From a candidate division FCPU426 bacterium (GTDB taxonomy: Bacteria; Oederibacteriota; JAAXVQ01; JAUVAV01): DNA of 64,000 nucleotides. Made by a program: the position numbers and the translations under genes. The stretch spans positions 350,526 through 414,525 of the forward strand of contig JBFLYH010000002.1 of the NCBI GenBank assembly GCA_040756875.1, read 5' to 3'. Below are positions 39,876 to 49,091 of the stretch, piece by piece; positions within the stretch are counted from its first letter, which is position 1; each line of letters begins with the position of its first letter. The notes beneath the pieces are model-generated. The model was not told where the DNA came from, searched no databases, and saw nothing but the letters and a program-made list of their open reading frames with translations.

Positions 39876-40568
39876 CTATTTTTCTCTCAGCTTATCTAGT
39901 ATTACCCACTTTCCTGGTGCGGCTTCATACTTCCAAACAATCCAACCATCAACCGAATGCTTGGCGATTGAGCCGCCCGCTACTGAGGGCGAGTTATATA
40001 TCTTGCCTTTCAACAGAATTGTGCCATTTTTACGTATTATACCTTTATGGATTTTGTCCTTATATTTATATCGTATCTCAGTTCTTTTATTGAAATAAGG
40101 AGCTAAAACAGGAATTCTTCCATTTACCCGTTTCACTTCCTTAACTTTATCCGCCCGGTTCTCTTCCCAAAATAAATTATCCAACTCCATTTTCTGGGCC
40201 CGACTAATTTTCCTTCGGAAAAGCGGGATTAAATCCTGAGATCTTATAAACTTTCCGGATTGAAGATTTCCTTTGGGCTTTGATATTTTTAAAATTAGAG
40301 ATTCAAGTTCGCGCAAATGGGAATCATCAATCGTCAAATAGACGCTGAATCTATCCCAGGTATCGCCATGCTTATCATTTAAATGTGTTTTTAATCGGTT
40401 TCTCAAGTTGGAAGCCAAGCCGACATAATAGAGGCGGCCACTTTTTGAGTAGAGGGCGTAGATGCCATGCTGCCCTTTGACAAATTCTTTGATTATAGAC
40501 TGGTAATCTTCAAGCGCCTTTCGGGATATATTTTCGAGATGCTGACAGACGAGTTGTCCTCTCTTCAT
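39876..40568 (-). CDS. GIY-YIG nuclease fused to a RAMA (DUF4357-like) domain
   Basis: GIYALY..YYVG..R; C-terminal YNSPSVAG..DGWIVWK. Confidence 0.8.
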   Translation of the reverse strand: MKRGQLVCQHLENISRKALEDYQSIIKEFVKGQHGIYALYSKSGRLYYVGLASNLRNRLKTHLNDKHGDTWDRFSVYLTIDDSHLRELESLILKISKPKGNLQSGKFIRSQDLIPLFRRKISRAQKMELDNLFWEENRADKVKEVKRVNGRIPVLAPYFNKRTEIRYKYKDKIHKGIIRKNGTILLKGKIYNSPSVAGGSIAKHSVDGWIVWKYEAAPGKWVILDKLREK

Positions 40569-40642
40569 ATAGATCACCCCTCGTTGTTTCTAGGCGCAAC
40601 ATATTTAGCTGGCATGTTGTCTCCCGATTCGCGGAAATAGAT

Positions 40643-41290
40643 TTATTGAATATTGAATAATTGCTCAATTATATCGTGTGTATTCTGAATATCAATACTC
40701 TCTGGTATTCCATGAAAATACATTTTGGGATGTGCGGACTCATTACGTAAATACGGGATAGTCTCCGCGAGGACTTTGCAATAATGTTGATGATCTGATT
40801 CCCAAGGTTCGGGGCCAGCAGCCATTTGCTGATATCCTTCAATAAGGTCCAATTCGTCAGGCGGAGAATTTCTGATGGCCTGGGCATGCCGGATACCAGC
40901 ATCCGTGATCCAATTATTCTTAATTGCAGCTTTTATCAACCTAGCAAGACCCGGGCTTCTATCCTCATCTTTGGGCCAATCTGGTTCATGATATTTCTCA
41001 AGTTGACATTTTCGTCTTAGAGCCATTTCAAGGCATAAGAAGGCATGAAAAGTAGCTAGTGTATAAAAGGGATAACAAAACCAGCCATATAACCAAAGCG
41101 TTCGAACAACTACAAAAGCCGTCTGTATATCTTCAGATACTTTTTCAGATAGCTCTAACCCTTTCATTATTTCGTAATTATCAATTAGTCCGAGAGGCCG
41201 CACTTCGCCTGTTTCTCTATTTCGAAGGACGAAAGCCTTATGAATCGGATCGGATTTAAGCAATTCTTCAAGTGGTTTAAGGGTCGCCAT
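40643..41290 (-). CDS. HEPN-like protein
   Basis: LEMALR and RNESAH (R-x4-H). Confidence 0.6.
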   Translation of the reverse strand: MATLKPLEELLKSDPIHKAFVLRNRETGEVRPLGLIDNYEIMKGLELSEKVSEDIQTAFVVVRTLWLYGWFCYPFYTLATFHAFLCLEMALRRKCQLEKYHEPDWPKDEDRSPGLARLIKAAIKNNWITDAGIRHAQAIRNSPPDELDLIEGYQQMAAGPEPWESDHQHYCKVLAETIPYLRNESAHPKMYFHGIPESIDIQNTHDIIEQLFNIQ

Positions 41291-41381
41291 AAAGATTTAC
41301 TCGCCCCCCCAGGCCAAATAGCAATAGCATTAGTATTAACTTCGGCCGACACGCCGGCATAAGCGCATGTTAGATTCTATT

Positions 41382-42506
41382 TCAATATGAAAGCAGTTCA
41401 AGTATCTCTTCGACCTGGGTGTGCTCGTCCTCAGGATACCATATGGCGCTAATGTGGGCATCGGCGAGACGTTGTTCAAGTTGGGTCTTTCGGTCGGGAT
41501 CGGTGGGGCATGGCAAAATTGCGTAGTGGTGCGGGAGAGAGTCGGCCCCGACATCCTGGGCGATCTTGGCGAATGTCTGGATGGTTCGGTCATAGGCGAG
41601 ACTGCAGCCAACAAAGAGAAAGCTAAAGCTGGTATACAGGCGTTTTAAAAGTTTTGGGATTGGGCGTTCAAAGTGGATGTTGCCGTCGTTTCCGTAGGCG
41701 TCGTCGTATTCGCCCTTGTTCAGCACTCGCTCCGAGACGTTGTCGAGGTTGCCGTGAAGTTTGAGCAAATAGCGTTCTCCTGCCGGAATGGCTCGGTAAA
41801 AGGCGTTTACTGAGCCGCGGCCAGTGGTCTTTTCGGCGAAAGCCTTCCCGCACTTTTCATATGCCTTTTCGAGAATGCGATCGAAGTTGGTAGTTATGGC
41901 GCAACTGTCAAAGAGGTCAGGGAGGCGCAACACGGCACCAGAGAGATCGGCGGGTGGGTTGAAATCGCGCTCGAAATCGAGATTGAAGCGGGCGTCGCCG
42001 AGTTTTGTCACAATATCATTCATAACGCCTTCGTAGTCGCCATTCACTTCTAGTCGTTGCTGCACGGCATCTACATCCAATCCAGCATCGGTGCAGAACC
42101 TTAGGAGATATTCCTTCCACTCTGGGCAGCCCACGCTCTTGGACATGCCCGCACCGACGAATGGAATCACGAATCCTCTCTGGCAGGCGCGTTTCAGTTC
42201 CTCGAAGCGACCAAGATTGTTTCTGAATTGTTCGGTATTCAGGATTCGCCCTTTCTCCTCCTGGTCAAAGCGTTTAGCCTCTTGTTCGTACAGATTGCGG
42301 TCACCGAAGTAGAAGGCACGCGCAGGTTTCGCCAACGGAATCTCCTCGAAACGGTCGACCTCGGACACACCGGACTTTATCTTGCGGCAAATAACTTCTA
42401 TATCCTCGAACTCTTCGTCTTGAAGAGCCTCATCAAAGCGGGCATTTCGTCCGATGCCTGCGATTTCCTCGACAGTGGCTTCGGGATCAAATCTAAGCGG
42501 CGGCAT
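41382..42506 (-). CDS. SIR2-family (SIR2_2) putative NADase
   Basis: FVGAGMS..PEW, TTNFD, KLHG and FVGCSL motifs. Confidence 0.9.
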   Translation of the reverse strand: MPPLRFDPEATVEEIAGIGRNARFDEALQDEEFEDIEVICRKIKSGVSEVDRFEEIPLAKPARAFYFGDRNLYEQEAKRFDQEEKGRILNTEQFRNNLGRFEELKRACQRGFVIPFVGAGMSKSVGCPEWKEYLLRFCTDAGLDVDAVQQRLEVNGDYEGVMNDIVTKLGDARFNLDFERDFNPPADLSGAVLRLPDLFDSCAITTNFDRILEKAYEKCGKAFAEKTTGRGSVNAFYRAIPAGERYLLKLHGNLDNVSERVLNKGEYDDAYGNDGNIHFERPIPKLLKRLYTSFSFLFVGCSLAYDRTIQTFAKIAQDVGADSLPHHYAILPCPTDPDRKTQLEQRLADAHISAIWYPEDEHTQVEEILELLSY

Positions 42507-44121
42507 GGGACTCCTTTCCGGCCGTTAACTCTGCAACAAGAGCGGTAAGTAACTTCTCCCCAGCCGCGCGGGAGGCTGTGAGCTTCGTTTCTAACTCGTC
42601 AACTAAGGCCATCAATTCATCAACTTTGGCCACGATTCGATGTTGCTCGGCGAGAGGTGGGAGGGGAAAGGGTGCTGAAGCAAAATACGATGTTGGTACA
42701 CGTTTTTGCCCAGCTGTGCCGGTCATCTTTGGAATCCCGCCTTCGATAAAATACGAACTCTTTAAATAAATGAGGATGTAGTCAGCTTCAACAAAGATAG
42801 GGCGAACTATGTGAAGTTCTGTCGTTCCCGCTCCAATTCCGTTAGTAAGACTGCGCATCACGGCAGACTTGCCATTCTCGAAGCACGGTGTAATCTTAGC
42901 GAGTGAAACATCACCTTCTGCAAAGTGGGTAAAACCAGTTTTTATCTCGGCCCACTTACGAGTCTCATGCTCATGCGGTGCTCTCCACTTTGCGCTTATG
43001 AGTTTCATCGGCACAAAGGAAGTATCTAAATCGTCCATGGCTTCATTTCGGGGGTTAATCAGTCCTATATCGGATAAAGTACTGAAAACCCAAGAAGCAG
43101 GAAGTTCGAAAGTTGGCTGCAGCACTTCCTCAGGCAACCACTCTTTATCACGGCCAATTGCCTTTTGAAGCTCCAACCGTTTCTTTTCCTCTTTAATCCT
43201 AGAGAGGAGATTCTCCACCGGCACGTCATTGGGATCCTGTGGAACGAGTTTGCCTTGAACGGCAAGTGTAAGTATGGTCTTGCGGAGGTCGGCGGGGGTG
43301 ATGTCGTAGGACTTATGGAAGATAAAGGTGAGATTGGTCGGAGTGGGCGCGTCGGCGAAGCGGGCTAGCGATGCGCGGGCGAGCGCAACCTTCTTTTCCT
43401 CCCGCTGCTTCTGCTGCGCTTCCAGCCGGTCACACAACGTCATCAACTCATCTACCTTCGCCACAATCCGCTTCTGCTCGGCGAGGGGTGGGAGGTAAAC
43501 GGGCATTTCGTGCAGCTTGTCCATCGTGATTCCCTTCACGGTCACACCTGAGCCGACCATTTTGAGCGACTTAAAAAGTAGGTAGGCGAAATCAAGATCA
43601 AGAGCCTCAGTTGGTTCAATCGCCCTCAAGTCTTGATTGATGGCAACCGGGATTCTATTGATCGCCAATTTGCCGAGTCCCATTCGAGTAACAACAAGCA
43701 GCCGGTCTGGAGGGATCAGGTTCGAACTGCTGTTTTTAAGTCCCTGCTCGGTAATCGAGTCGATAGTCGAAACCAGATATTTGTCGTTCTTTATGTCCTT
43801 GACACTGGCCCACGGAATATCGCCATTCCAATAAACAGGGTTGTCTTTTGATGGGGTTCCGCCGCCAGTATTTGATGCGATAAGACAACCGAGCGGAAGC
43901 GCAACCCAACCCTCCGGTACTTTCATGGACTTGTCTGGTATAAAATCAATCAGAGACTTGTTCGCATTGCGGATACAATCGAGTGCGGAACGCTCAGATG
44001 GCTCCTGCTCAACGACCTTCCCCGTCACTGCCAATTGCAGTACTAACTCCCGCATCTTCGTCATGGCATCGGGTGCGTCTGCGAAGAGGTTAAACTTTTC
44101 AAAAAAGGCCTCGATTGTCAT
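42493..44121 (-). CDS. hsdS: Type I R-M specificity subunit
   Basis: Two TRDs each followed by LPPLAEQ.RIVAKVDELM; LAV.GK repeats. Confidence 0.95.
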   Translation of the reverse strand: MTIEAFFEKFNLFADAPDAMTKMRELVLQLAVTGKVVEQEPSERSALDCIRNANKSLIDFIPDKSMKVPEGWVALPLGCLIASNTGGGTPSKDNPVYWNGDIPWASVKDIKNDKYLVSTIDSITEQGLKNSSSNLIPPDRLLVVTRMGLGKLAINRIPVAINQDLRAIEPTEALDLDFAYLLFKSLKMVGSGVTVKGITMDKLHEMPVYLPPLAEQKRIVAKVDELMTLCDRLEAQQKQREEKKVALARASLARFADAPTPTNLTFIFHKSYDITPADLRKTILTLAVQGKLVPQDPNDVPVENLLSRIKEEKKRLELQKAIGRDKEWLPEEVLQPTFELPASWVFSTLSDIGLINPRNEAMDDLDTSFVPMKLISAKWRAPHEHETRKWAEIKTGFTHFAEGDVSLAKITPCFENGKSAVMRSLTNGIGAGTTELHIVRPIFVEADYILIYLKSSYFIEGGIPKMTGTAGQKRVPTSYFASAPFPLPPLAEQHRIVAKVDELMALVDELETKLTASRAAGEKLLTALVAELTAGKESHAAA

Positions 44122-45590
44122 TCCTTGTCCTTTACCGTTGACATAAGTGAGTATCGGAGTTCTTGTTTCAGCTTTGCGCGGGTTTCCGCGATCTGTTTGA
44201 GGAGCTTTTCATACTCTGGCAGGAGGTGGTCCAGGTCACCAGGGCCTTCGTCGGGATTATGTGGGTTCTTGAGGTCGAGGTTGTAGTTGCCGGCCTTGAT
44301 CTGGTCTATAGAAACGCGCCAGGCAAATTCGTTCTCGACGCGGGTCTTGAAGCCGTCAGCCTCGTCTCCCCACCACGCCTTCTCGGGTTCGAATTCCTCG
44401 ATACGGATAGGCTTACCCTTGTTATAGCTCTTGGCGCCAGGCGGGTATGGGTGCTCGTAGTACCAGACCTGTTCGGTCTTTGGTCCCTTAGTGAAGAAGA
44501 GCAGATTGGTGCGAATGCCGGTGTAGGGATTGAAGACGCCATTGGGCAGCCGGACAATGGTGTGGAGGTTGCACTCGGCAAGCAGGGCTTCCTTGATGCG
44601 TGTCTTAACACCTTCGCCGAAGAGGGTGCCATCAGGCAGAACGAGGCCGGCGCGGCCGCCGGGCTTGAGAATCTTCATCAGGAGCACGAGAAAGAGGTCG
44701 GCGGTTTCGCGAGTGCGGAACTCGGAGGGAAAATTAGACTCGATGCCGTCTTCTTCCATGCCGCCGAAAGGCGGATTGGTGACAATGACATCCACCCGTT
44801 CCTTCGGCCCCCAATCACGTAAGGGACGGGCGAGAGTGTTGTCGTGGCGGACGTTGGAGGGCACATCAATGCCGTGCAGGAGCAGGTTGGTCATACACAG
44901 GACGTGCGGCAAGTGCTTCTTCTCGATGCCGGAGAAGCACTCCTGGATGTCGCGCTCATCGGCATCGGTCTTGGCCTGCTTACGGAGGTGTTCGATTGCG
45001 CAGACGAGGAAGCCGCCAGTGCCGCAGGCAGGATCGAGGATGGTCTCGCCGAGGCGCGGGTTGATCTGCTCGACGATAAACTGGGTGACAGCGCGAGGAG
45101 TGTAGAACTCCCCGGCGTTGCCGGCGGACTGGAGGTCCTTGAGTAGCTTCTCATAGATGTCGCCGAAGATGTGGCGGTCATCGGAGGCGTTGAAGTCAAT
45201 ACCGTTAATCTTATTGATGACCTGCCGCATGAGGGTGCCATTCTTCATATAATTGTTCGCATCCTCGAAGGTGGTGCGGACGAGAGTGTGCATCCGGTCG
45301 CTGCCGGTTAGGGTTTTAAGCTTAGGCAGAAGGGTGTTGTTGACGAAGTCGAGCAGGGCATCGCCAGTGATGCCTTCCTCGTCCTTGGCCCAGGCGGTCC
45401 AGCGGAGGTGCTTCGGGAGCGGTGATTTATATTCATCCCGCAGGAGCGCCATCTCCTGCTCGCGGTCGTCATAGATTTTAAGAAAAAACATCCATCCGAG
45501 CTGCTCGAGGCGTTGGGCATCGCCGTAGGTTCCGGCGTCCTTGCGCATGATGTCCTGAATGGTTTTAACGACGTTAGAGACATTGGGCAT
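44118..45590 (-). CDS. hsdM: Type I R-M m6A methyltransferase
   Basis: GEFYTP, DPACGTGG and NPPF motifs. Confidence 0.96.
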   Translation of the reverse strand: MPNVSNVVKTIQDIMRKDAGTYGDAQRLEQLGWMFFLKIYDDREQEMALLRDEYKSPLPKHLRWTAWAKDEEGITGDALLDFVNNTLLPKLKTLTGSDRMHTLVRTTFEDANNYMKNGTLMRQVINKINGIDFNASDDRHIFGDIYEKLLKDLQSAGNAGEFYTPRAVTQFIVEQINPRLGETILDPACGTGGFLVCAIEHLRKQAKTDADERDIQECFSGIEKKHLPHVLCMTNLLLHGIDVPSNVRHDNTLARPLRDWGPKERVDVIVTNPPFGGMEEDGIESNFPSEFRTRETADLFLVLLMKILKPGGRAGLVLPDGTLFGEGVKTRIKEALLAECNLHTIVRLPNGVFNPYTGIRTNLLFFTKGPKTEQVWYYEHPYPPGAKSYNKGKPIRIEEFEPEKAWWGDEADGFKTRVENEFAWRVSIDQIKAGNYNLDLKNPHNPDEGPGDLDHLLPEYEKLLKQIAETRAKLKQELRYSLMSTVKDKE

Positions 45591-45593
45591 AGG

Positions 45594-47948
45594 TTAGGCT
45601 ACCTTCTTGTAAAGGGCAATTTCAAGGTCGCGAATAGCACCAAGGTAACTATCCCGGCCGCCAAACAGTTTAATGATTTCCACTGGGGTGCCAAAGGCGC
45701 GGAGCGGGTCCACCTTGAGTATTTCCAGCGACTCGACGCTAGCAATGCCGCTGTCGGCGTACTTCTGAAGAAGGGCATCCAGAACAGCGCGAGCTTTGTC
45801 GCCATACTTACCAAAGACATTCCTCTTCCTCACCCTTTCGGCACGTTCCCGGCGCGTGAGCGGAGGCTGGTCGAAGGCGACGTGGCAAACGAGGTCGAAA
45901 GGATCGTAGTCACGGCCGACCTGCTCGGCAAGTTCTTCGAGAAAAACTCCCTGACTTTCAAGAAGTTTGATAATGGCCTGTTTCCTAGCGGCGGCGTTCC
46001 AAATGGTTAAGAAGTCGCCGAGGGATGCATAGCTCTTGTGGACGGCCTTACGGGTGTAGTCGATGAGGGATTCTGTAATGAGTCGCCCGTTCACGTCAAG
46101 ATACTGGACACGCTCGATCACGACACTGACGGGGACATTGTCCACATAGTAGCGGGGGCGAGGTTGGGAGCCATCGCCGCCAGGGCCGCTATCGGGGGGC
46201 AGCGGGGGCTCTGGTGATTCCCCGCCCGTCGGTGGCTCGTCGGGGGGAATTGGCGGCTCGTCGGGGCCGGGCTCATAGATCTGGACCGGGTCGCCGTCAA
46301 AGTTGGGTTCCGCAAACAGCACGGTGGCACGGCGAAAATCCATGATAGTGAAGAAAAACTTATTGTAGTCCTCGTTGATGCGCGTGCCGCGTCCGATGAT
46401 TTGTTTGAATTCTGTTGGTGAATTAATGATCCTGTCGAGAACAATCAGGTGGCAAGTTTGGGCATCCACCCCGGTGCTCATGAGCCGGGAGGTACAGGCA
46501 ATGACCGGGTAGGTGGACTCGGGGTCAATGAAGTTGTCTAATTGTGCCTTACCCTCATCGTTGTCGCCGGTGATGCGCATTACATACTTGGAGTTGGCGG
46601 CGGCAAGGTCGGGGTTTGCGTTGACCATGGCCTGGCGCATCCGCTCTGCGTGATCGATATTCTCGCAGAAGATGATAGTCTTGGCAAAACGATTGGTGGC
46701 GCGCAGGAACCCGGTAACTTTGGCAGCAACTACAGCTGTGCGCTTTTCGAGGATGAGGTCCCGGTCGTAGTCACGGTCATTGTATTCCTGGTCTGGAATG
46801 ACCTGACCGTACTTATCGGTTTGGCCATCCTCGGGTCGCCAACCGTCCAAGTCTTTGTCGAGGCCGATACGCACGACCTTGTAAGGGGCTAGGAATCCGT
46901 CGGCAATACCCTGGCGCAGTGAATACATGTAGATGGGCTCGCCGAAGTACTCGATGTTGGAAACGTCGCGAGTTTCCTTGGGCGTGGCGGTAAGGCCGAT
47001 CTGGGTTGCCGAGCTGAAGTATGTAAGCACCTGTCGCCAGCGGGCATCGTCCGCAGCACTTCCCCGATGGCACTCATCAACAATAACTAGGTCGAAGAAA
47101 TCGGGCTTGAACTGCCTATAGATGTTCATGTCCTCTTCCGTGCCTGTCACTGCCTGGTAGAGGCTGAGGTAGATTTCAAAAGATTTGTCTACAATGCGGT
47201 TGGTAATCTTCGTCATGGCCTGGCCAAATGGCTTGAAGTCATTCGTTTTCGTTTGGTCGGCTAGGATGTTGCGGTCCACTAGGAAGAGGATGCGTTTCTT
47301 CACGCCAGCTTTCCACAAACGCCAAATGATTTGGAAAGCCGTATAGGTCTTCCCTGTACCGGTGGCCATGACCAGAAGGACCCGGTTTTCGCCGCGGGCG
47401 ATCGCTTCGACAGTACGGTTTATTGCTATTTGCTGATAGTAGCGAGGTGATTTTCCGAAGCCGTCATCGTGATAGTCATGGGTGTTGACCTGTTGTTGGG
47501 CATCAGTCCAACCTTTGGCTCTGCAATAGCGCAACCACAGCTCCTGAGGCGCGGGAAACTGGTCGAGAGGGATTTCCCGTGTCACAGTGTCGGAAGTGGC
47601 GGTACGGTCGTGCTCAAGAAAGGCATCACCGTTTGAACTATAAGCAAAGGGCACATCAAGAATCTCGGCGTACTCCAGCGCCTGGGGCATGCCGGCTCCG
47701 ATCGCCTGATTATTGTCTTTGGCTTCAATAACGGCCAACGGGATGTTGGGCTTGTAGAACAAAAGATAGTCCGCCTTTTTCGCTTCGCCCCGTTTGACTG
47801 TCTTACCGTGAACGATAACGCGCCCTTTGGTGAAGTATCTCTCCTCGGCAATCTGGGTCTGATCCCATTTGTCGCCACGCGCCCCGAGTATAGCAGGTGT
47901 GATGAACTTGGTGCGAATGTCCGCTTCGGTTAGGGCTTTCTTGTTCAT
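45594..47948 (-). CDS. hsdR: Type I R-M restriction subunit (EcoAI/EcoEI-like)
   Basis: ADY..IEAK nuclease; MATGTGKT; DECHRG; QIIGRGTR; EcoEI-type C-terminus. Confidence 0.95.
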   Translation of the reverse strand: MNKKALTEADIRTKFITPAILGARGDKWDQTQIAEERYFTKGRVIVHGKTVKRGEAKKADYLLFYKPNIPLAVIEAKDNNQAIGAGMPQALEYAEILDVPFAYSSNGDAFLEHDRTATSDTVTREIPLDQFPAPQELWLRYCRAKGWTDAQQQVNTHDYHDDGFGKSPRYYQQIAINRTVEAIARGENRVLLVMATGTGKTYTAFQIIWRLWKAGVKKRILFLVDRNILADQTKTNDFKPFGQAMTKITNRIVDKSFEIYLSLYQAVTGTEEDMNIYRQFKPDFFDLVIVDECHRGSAADDARWRQVLTYFSSATQIGLTATPKETRDVSNIEYFGEPIYMYSLRQGIADGFLAPYKVVRIGLDKDLDGWRPEDGQTDKYGQVIPDQEYNDRDYDRDLILEKRTAVVAAKVTGFLRATNRFAKTIIFCENIDHAERMRQAMVNANPDLAAANSKYVMRITGDNDEGKAQLDNFIDPESTYPVIACTSRLMSTGVDAQTCHLIVLDRIINSPTEFKQIIGRGTRINEDYNKFFFTIMDFRRATVLFAEPNFDGDPVQIYEPGPDEPPIPPDEPPTGGESPEPPLPPDSGPGGDGSQPRPRYYVDNVPVSVVIERVQYLDVNGRLITESLIDYTRKAVHKSYASLGDFLTIWNAAARKQAIIKLLESQGVFLEELAEQVGRDYDPFDLVCHVAFDQPPLTRRERAERVRKRNVFGKYGDKARAVLDALLQKYADSGIASVESLEILKVDPLRAFGTPVEIIKLFGGRDSYLGAIRDLEIALYKKVA

Positions 47949-47985
47949 CTGTGGCGAACTTCTTTCATCGGATTGGGTTTTAATC

Positions 47986-48233
47986 TACTTGGGGACGTTG
48001 TATAGATGCCAAATTGTCGCCCCCGCTTCCCCATACCCTGCACCGCAGGGCAGAACAGCGGAAAAATACTTGGGGACGTTGTTTAAATGTCAAATTGTCG
48101 CCCTTGCTTCCTCAAGCCCTGCACCGCAAGGCAGAACAGGTGAGCAGGTCGGTAAATGGGGACGTTGTTTAGATGTCAAATTGTCGCCCCTGCTTCCCCA
48201 CGCCCTGCACCGCAGGGCAGAACAGCGGAAAAA
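47986..48233. repeat. Three tandem ~80-bp imperfect repeats with internal hairpins
   Basis: TGGGGACGTTGT(T/A)TA(G/A)ATG(T/C)CAAATTGTCGCCC...CCCTGCACCGCA(G/A)GGCAGAACAG; units start at about 47986, 48067 and 48157. Confidence 0.9.
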
Positions 48234-48234
48234 A

Positions 48235-48353
48235 TCACCCTCACCCTACCCTCTCCCCTGCCTTGCGGAACTCGCAAGGCAGAAAGTTGAGCAGGTGAAC
48301 AGTTGAGCAGTAGATTCACCCTCACCCTACCCTCTCCCCTCAAGGGAGAGGGG
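48235..48353. repeat. REP-like CCCTCACCCTACCCTCTCCC..GGGAGAGGG elements (two copies)
   Basis: TCACCCTCACCCTACCCTCTCCCCT at 48235 and 48316; the second closes a hairpin with GGGAGAGGG. Confidence 0.75.
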
Positions 48354-48504
48354 AATAATTTAAAATTTTCCCTTATCTTAATCCCGCCTAAATTTATAGG
48401 CAAGGGGTAAATCGGAAAACCGGGATTCTCTATGCACGCTATATTTTTCGCAATTATTCGGCTGGTTGCCGGTCTAAAGCTTAACGCTGTTATAGGAGGT
48501 TGGC

Positions 48505-49026
48505 ATGACCGAGAACAAGGACAAAAATCTCATTCCGCAGGAAATGATCGAAAACAAAATTCATCTGATCAGGGGCAAGAAAATAATACTGGATAGGGAT
48601 TTAGCACACCTTTATCAAGTTGAAACCAATCACTTGACCCGGCAAGTGCGCAGAAACATCGAACGCTTCCCTGCCGAGTTTATGTTTGTGCTTGATTTTA
48701 AAGAGTTTTACAACTTGAAGTGCCATTTTGGCACTTCAAGTTGGGGAGGAACAAGAAAACTACCCTATGCATTTACCGAACAGGGTGTGGCCATGCTTTC
48801 AAGCGTGCTCAACAGTAAAAGGGCCATTCAAGTCAATATCCAGATTATACTCACCTTTACCAAACTGCGGGAAATGATGATGACCCATGTTGAGTTAAAA
48901 AGAAAAATCGAAGAGTTGGAGCAAAAATACGACCATCAGTTCGCGATTGTGTTCGAGGCCATCAAGAAGCTTCTAACCCCGCCGGAGAAACCCAAAAGGC
49001 GAATTGGCTTTATAGCAAATGAGTAA
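48505..49026 (+). CDS. ORF6N-domain DNA-binding protein
   Basis: IRG..LDRDLA.LY.VET..RN.ERFP..FMF..PYAFTEQGVAMLSSVL..RIGF. Confidence 0.92.
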   Translation: MTENKDKNLIPQEMIENKIHLIRGKKIILDRDLAHLYQVETNHLTRQVRRNIERFPAEFMFVLDFKEFYNLKCHFGTSSWGGTRKLPYAFTEQGVAMLSSVLNSKRAIQVNIQIILTFTKLREMMMTHVELKRKIEELEQKYDHQFAIVFEAIKKLLTPPEKPKRRIGFIANE

Positions 49027-49091
49027 TCCTCCCAGGGTGTTTCTCCCCCAGAGGGTACGCCTATAATGAGCAGAATTTATAAACAGAGTCT

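Noticed and set aside
41330-41376. attC/dif-like site after sir2 (ATCTAAC...GTTAATA) and CAACAT/ATGTTG inverted repeat near 40597-40619
   Set aside because: Too short for attC, imperfect R' box, spacing wrong for dif, and no integrase in the window
47986-48233. Possible CRISPR array
   Set aside because: Whole ~80-bp units are repeated with no unique spacers, and no cas genes are present
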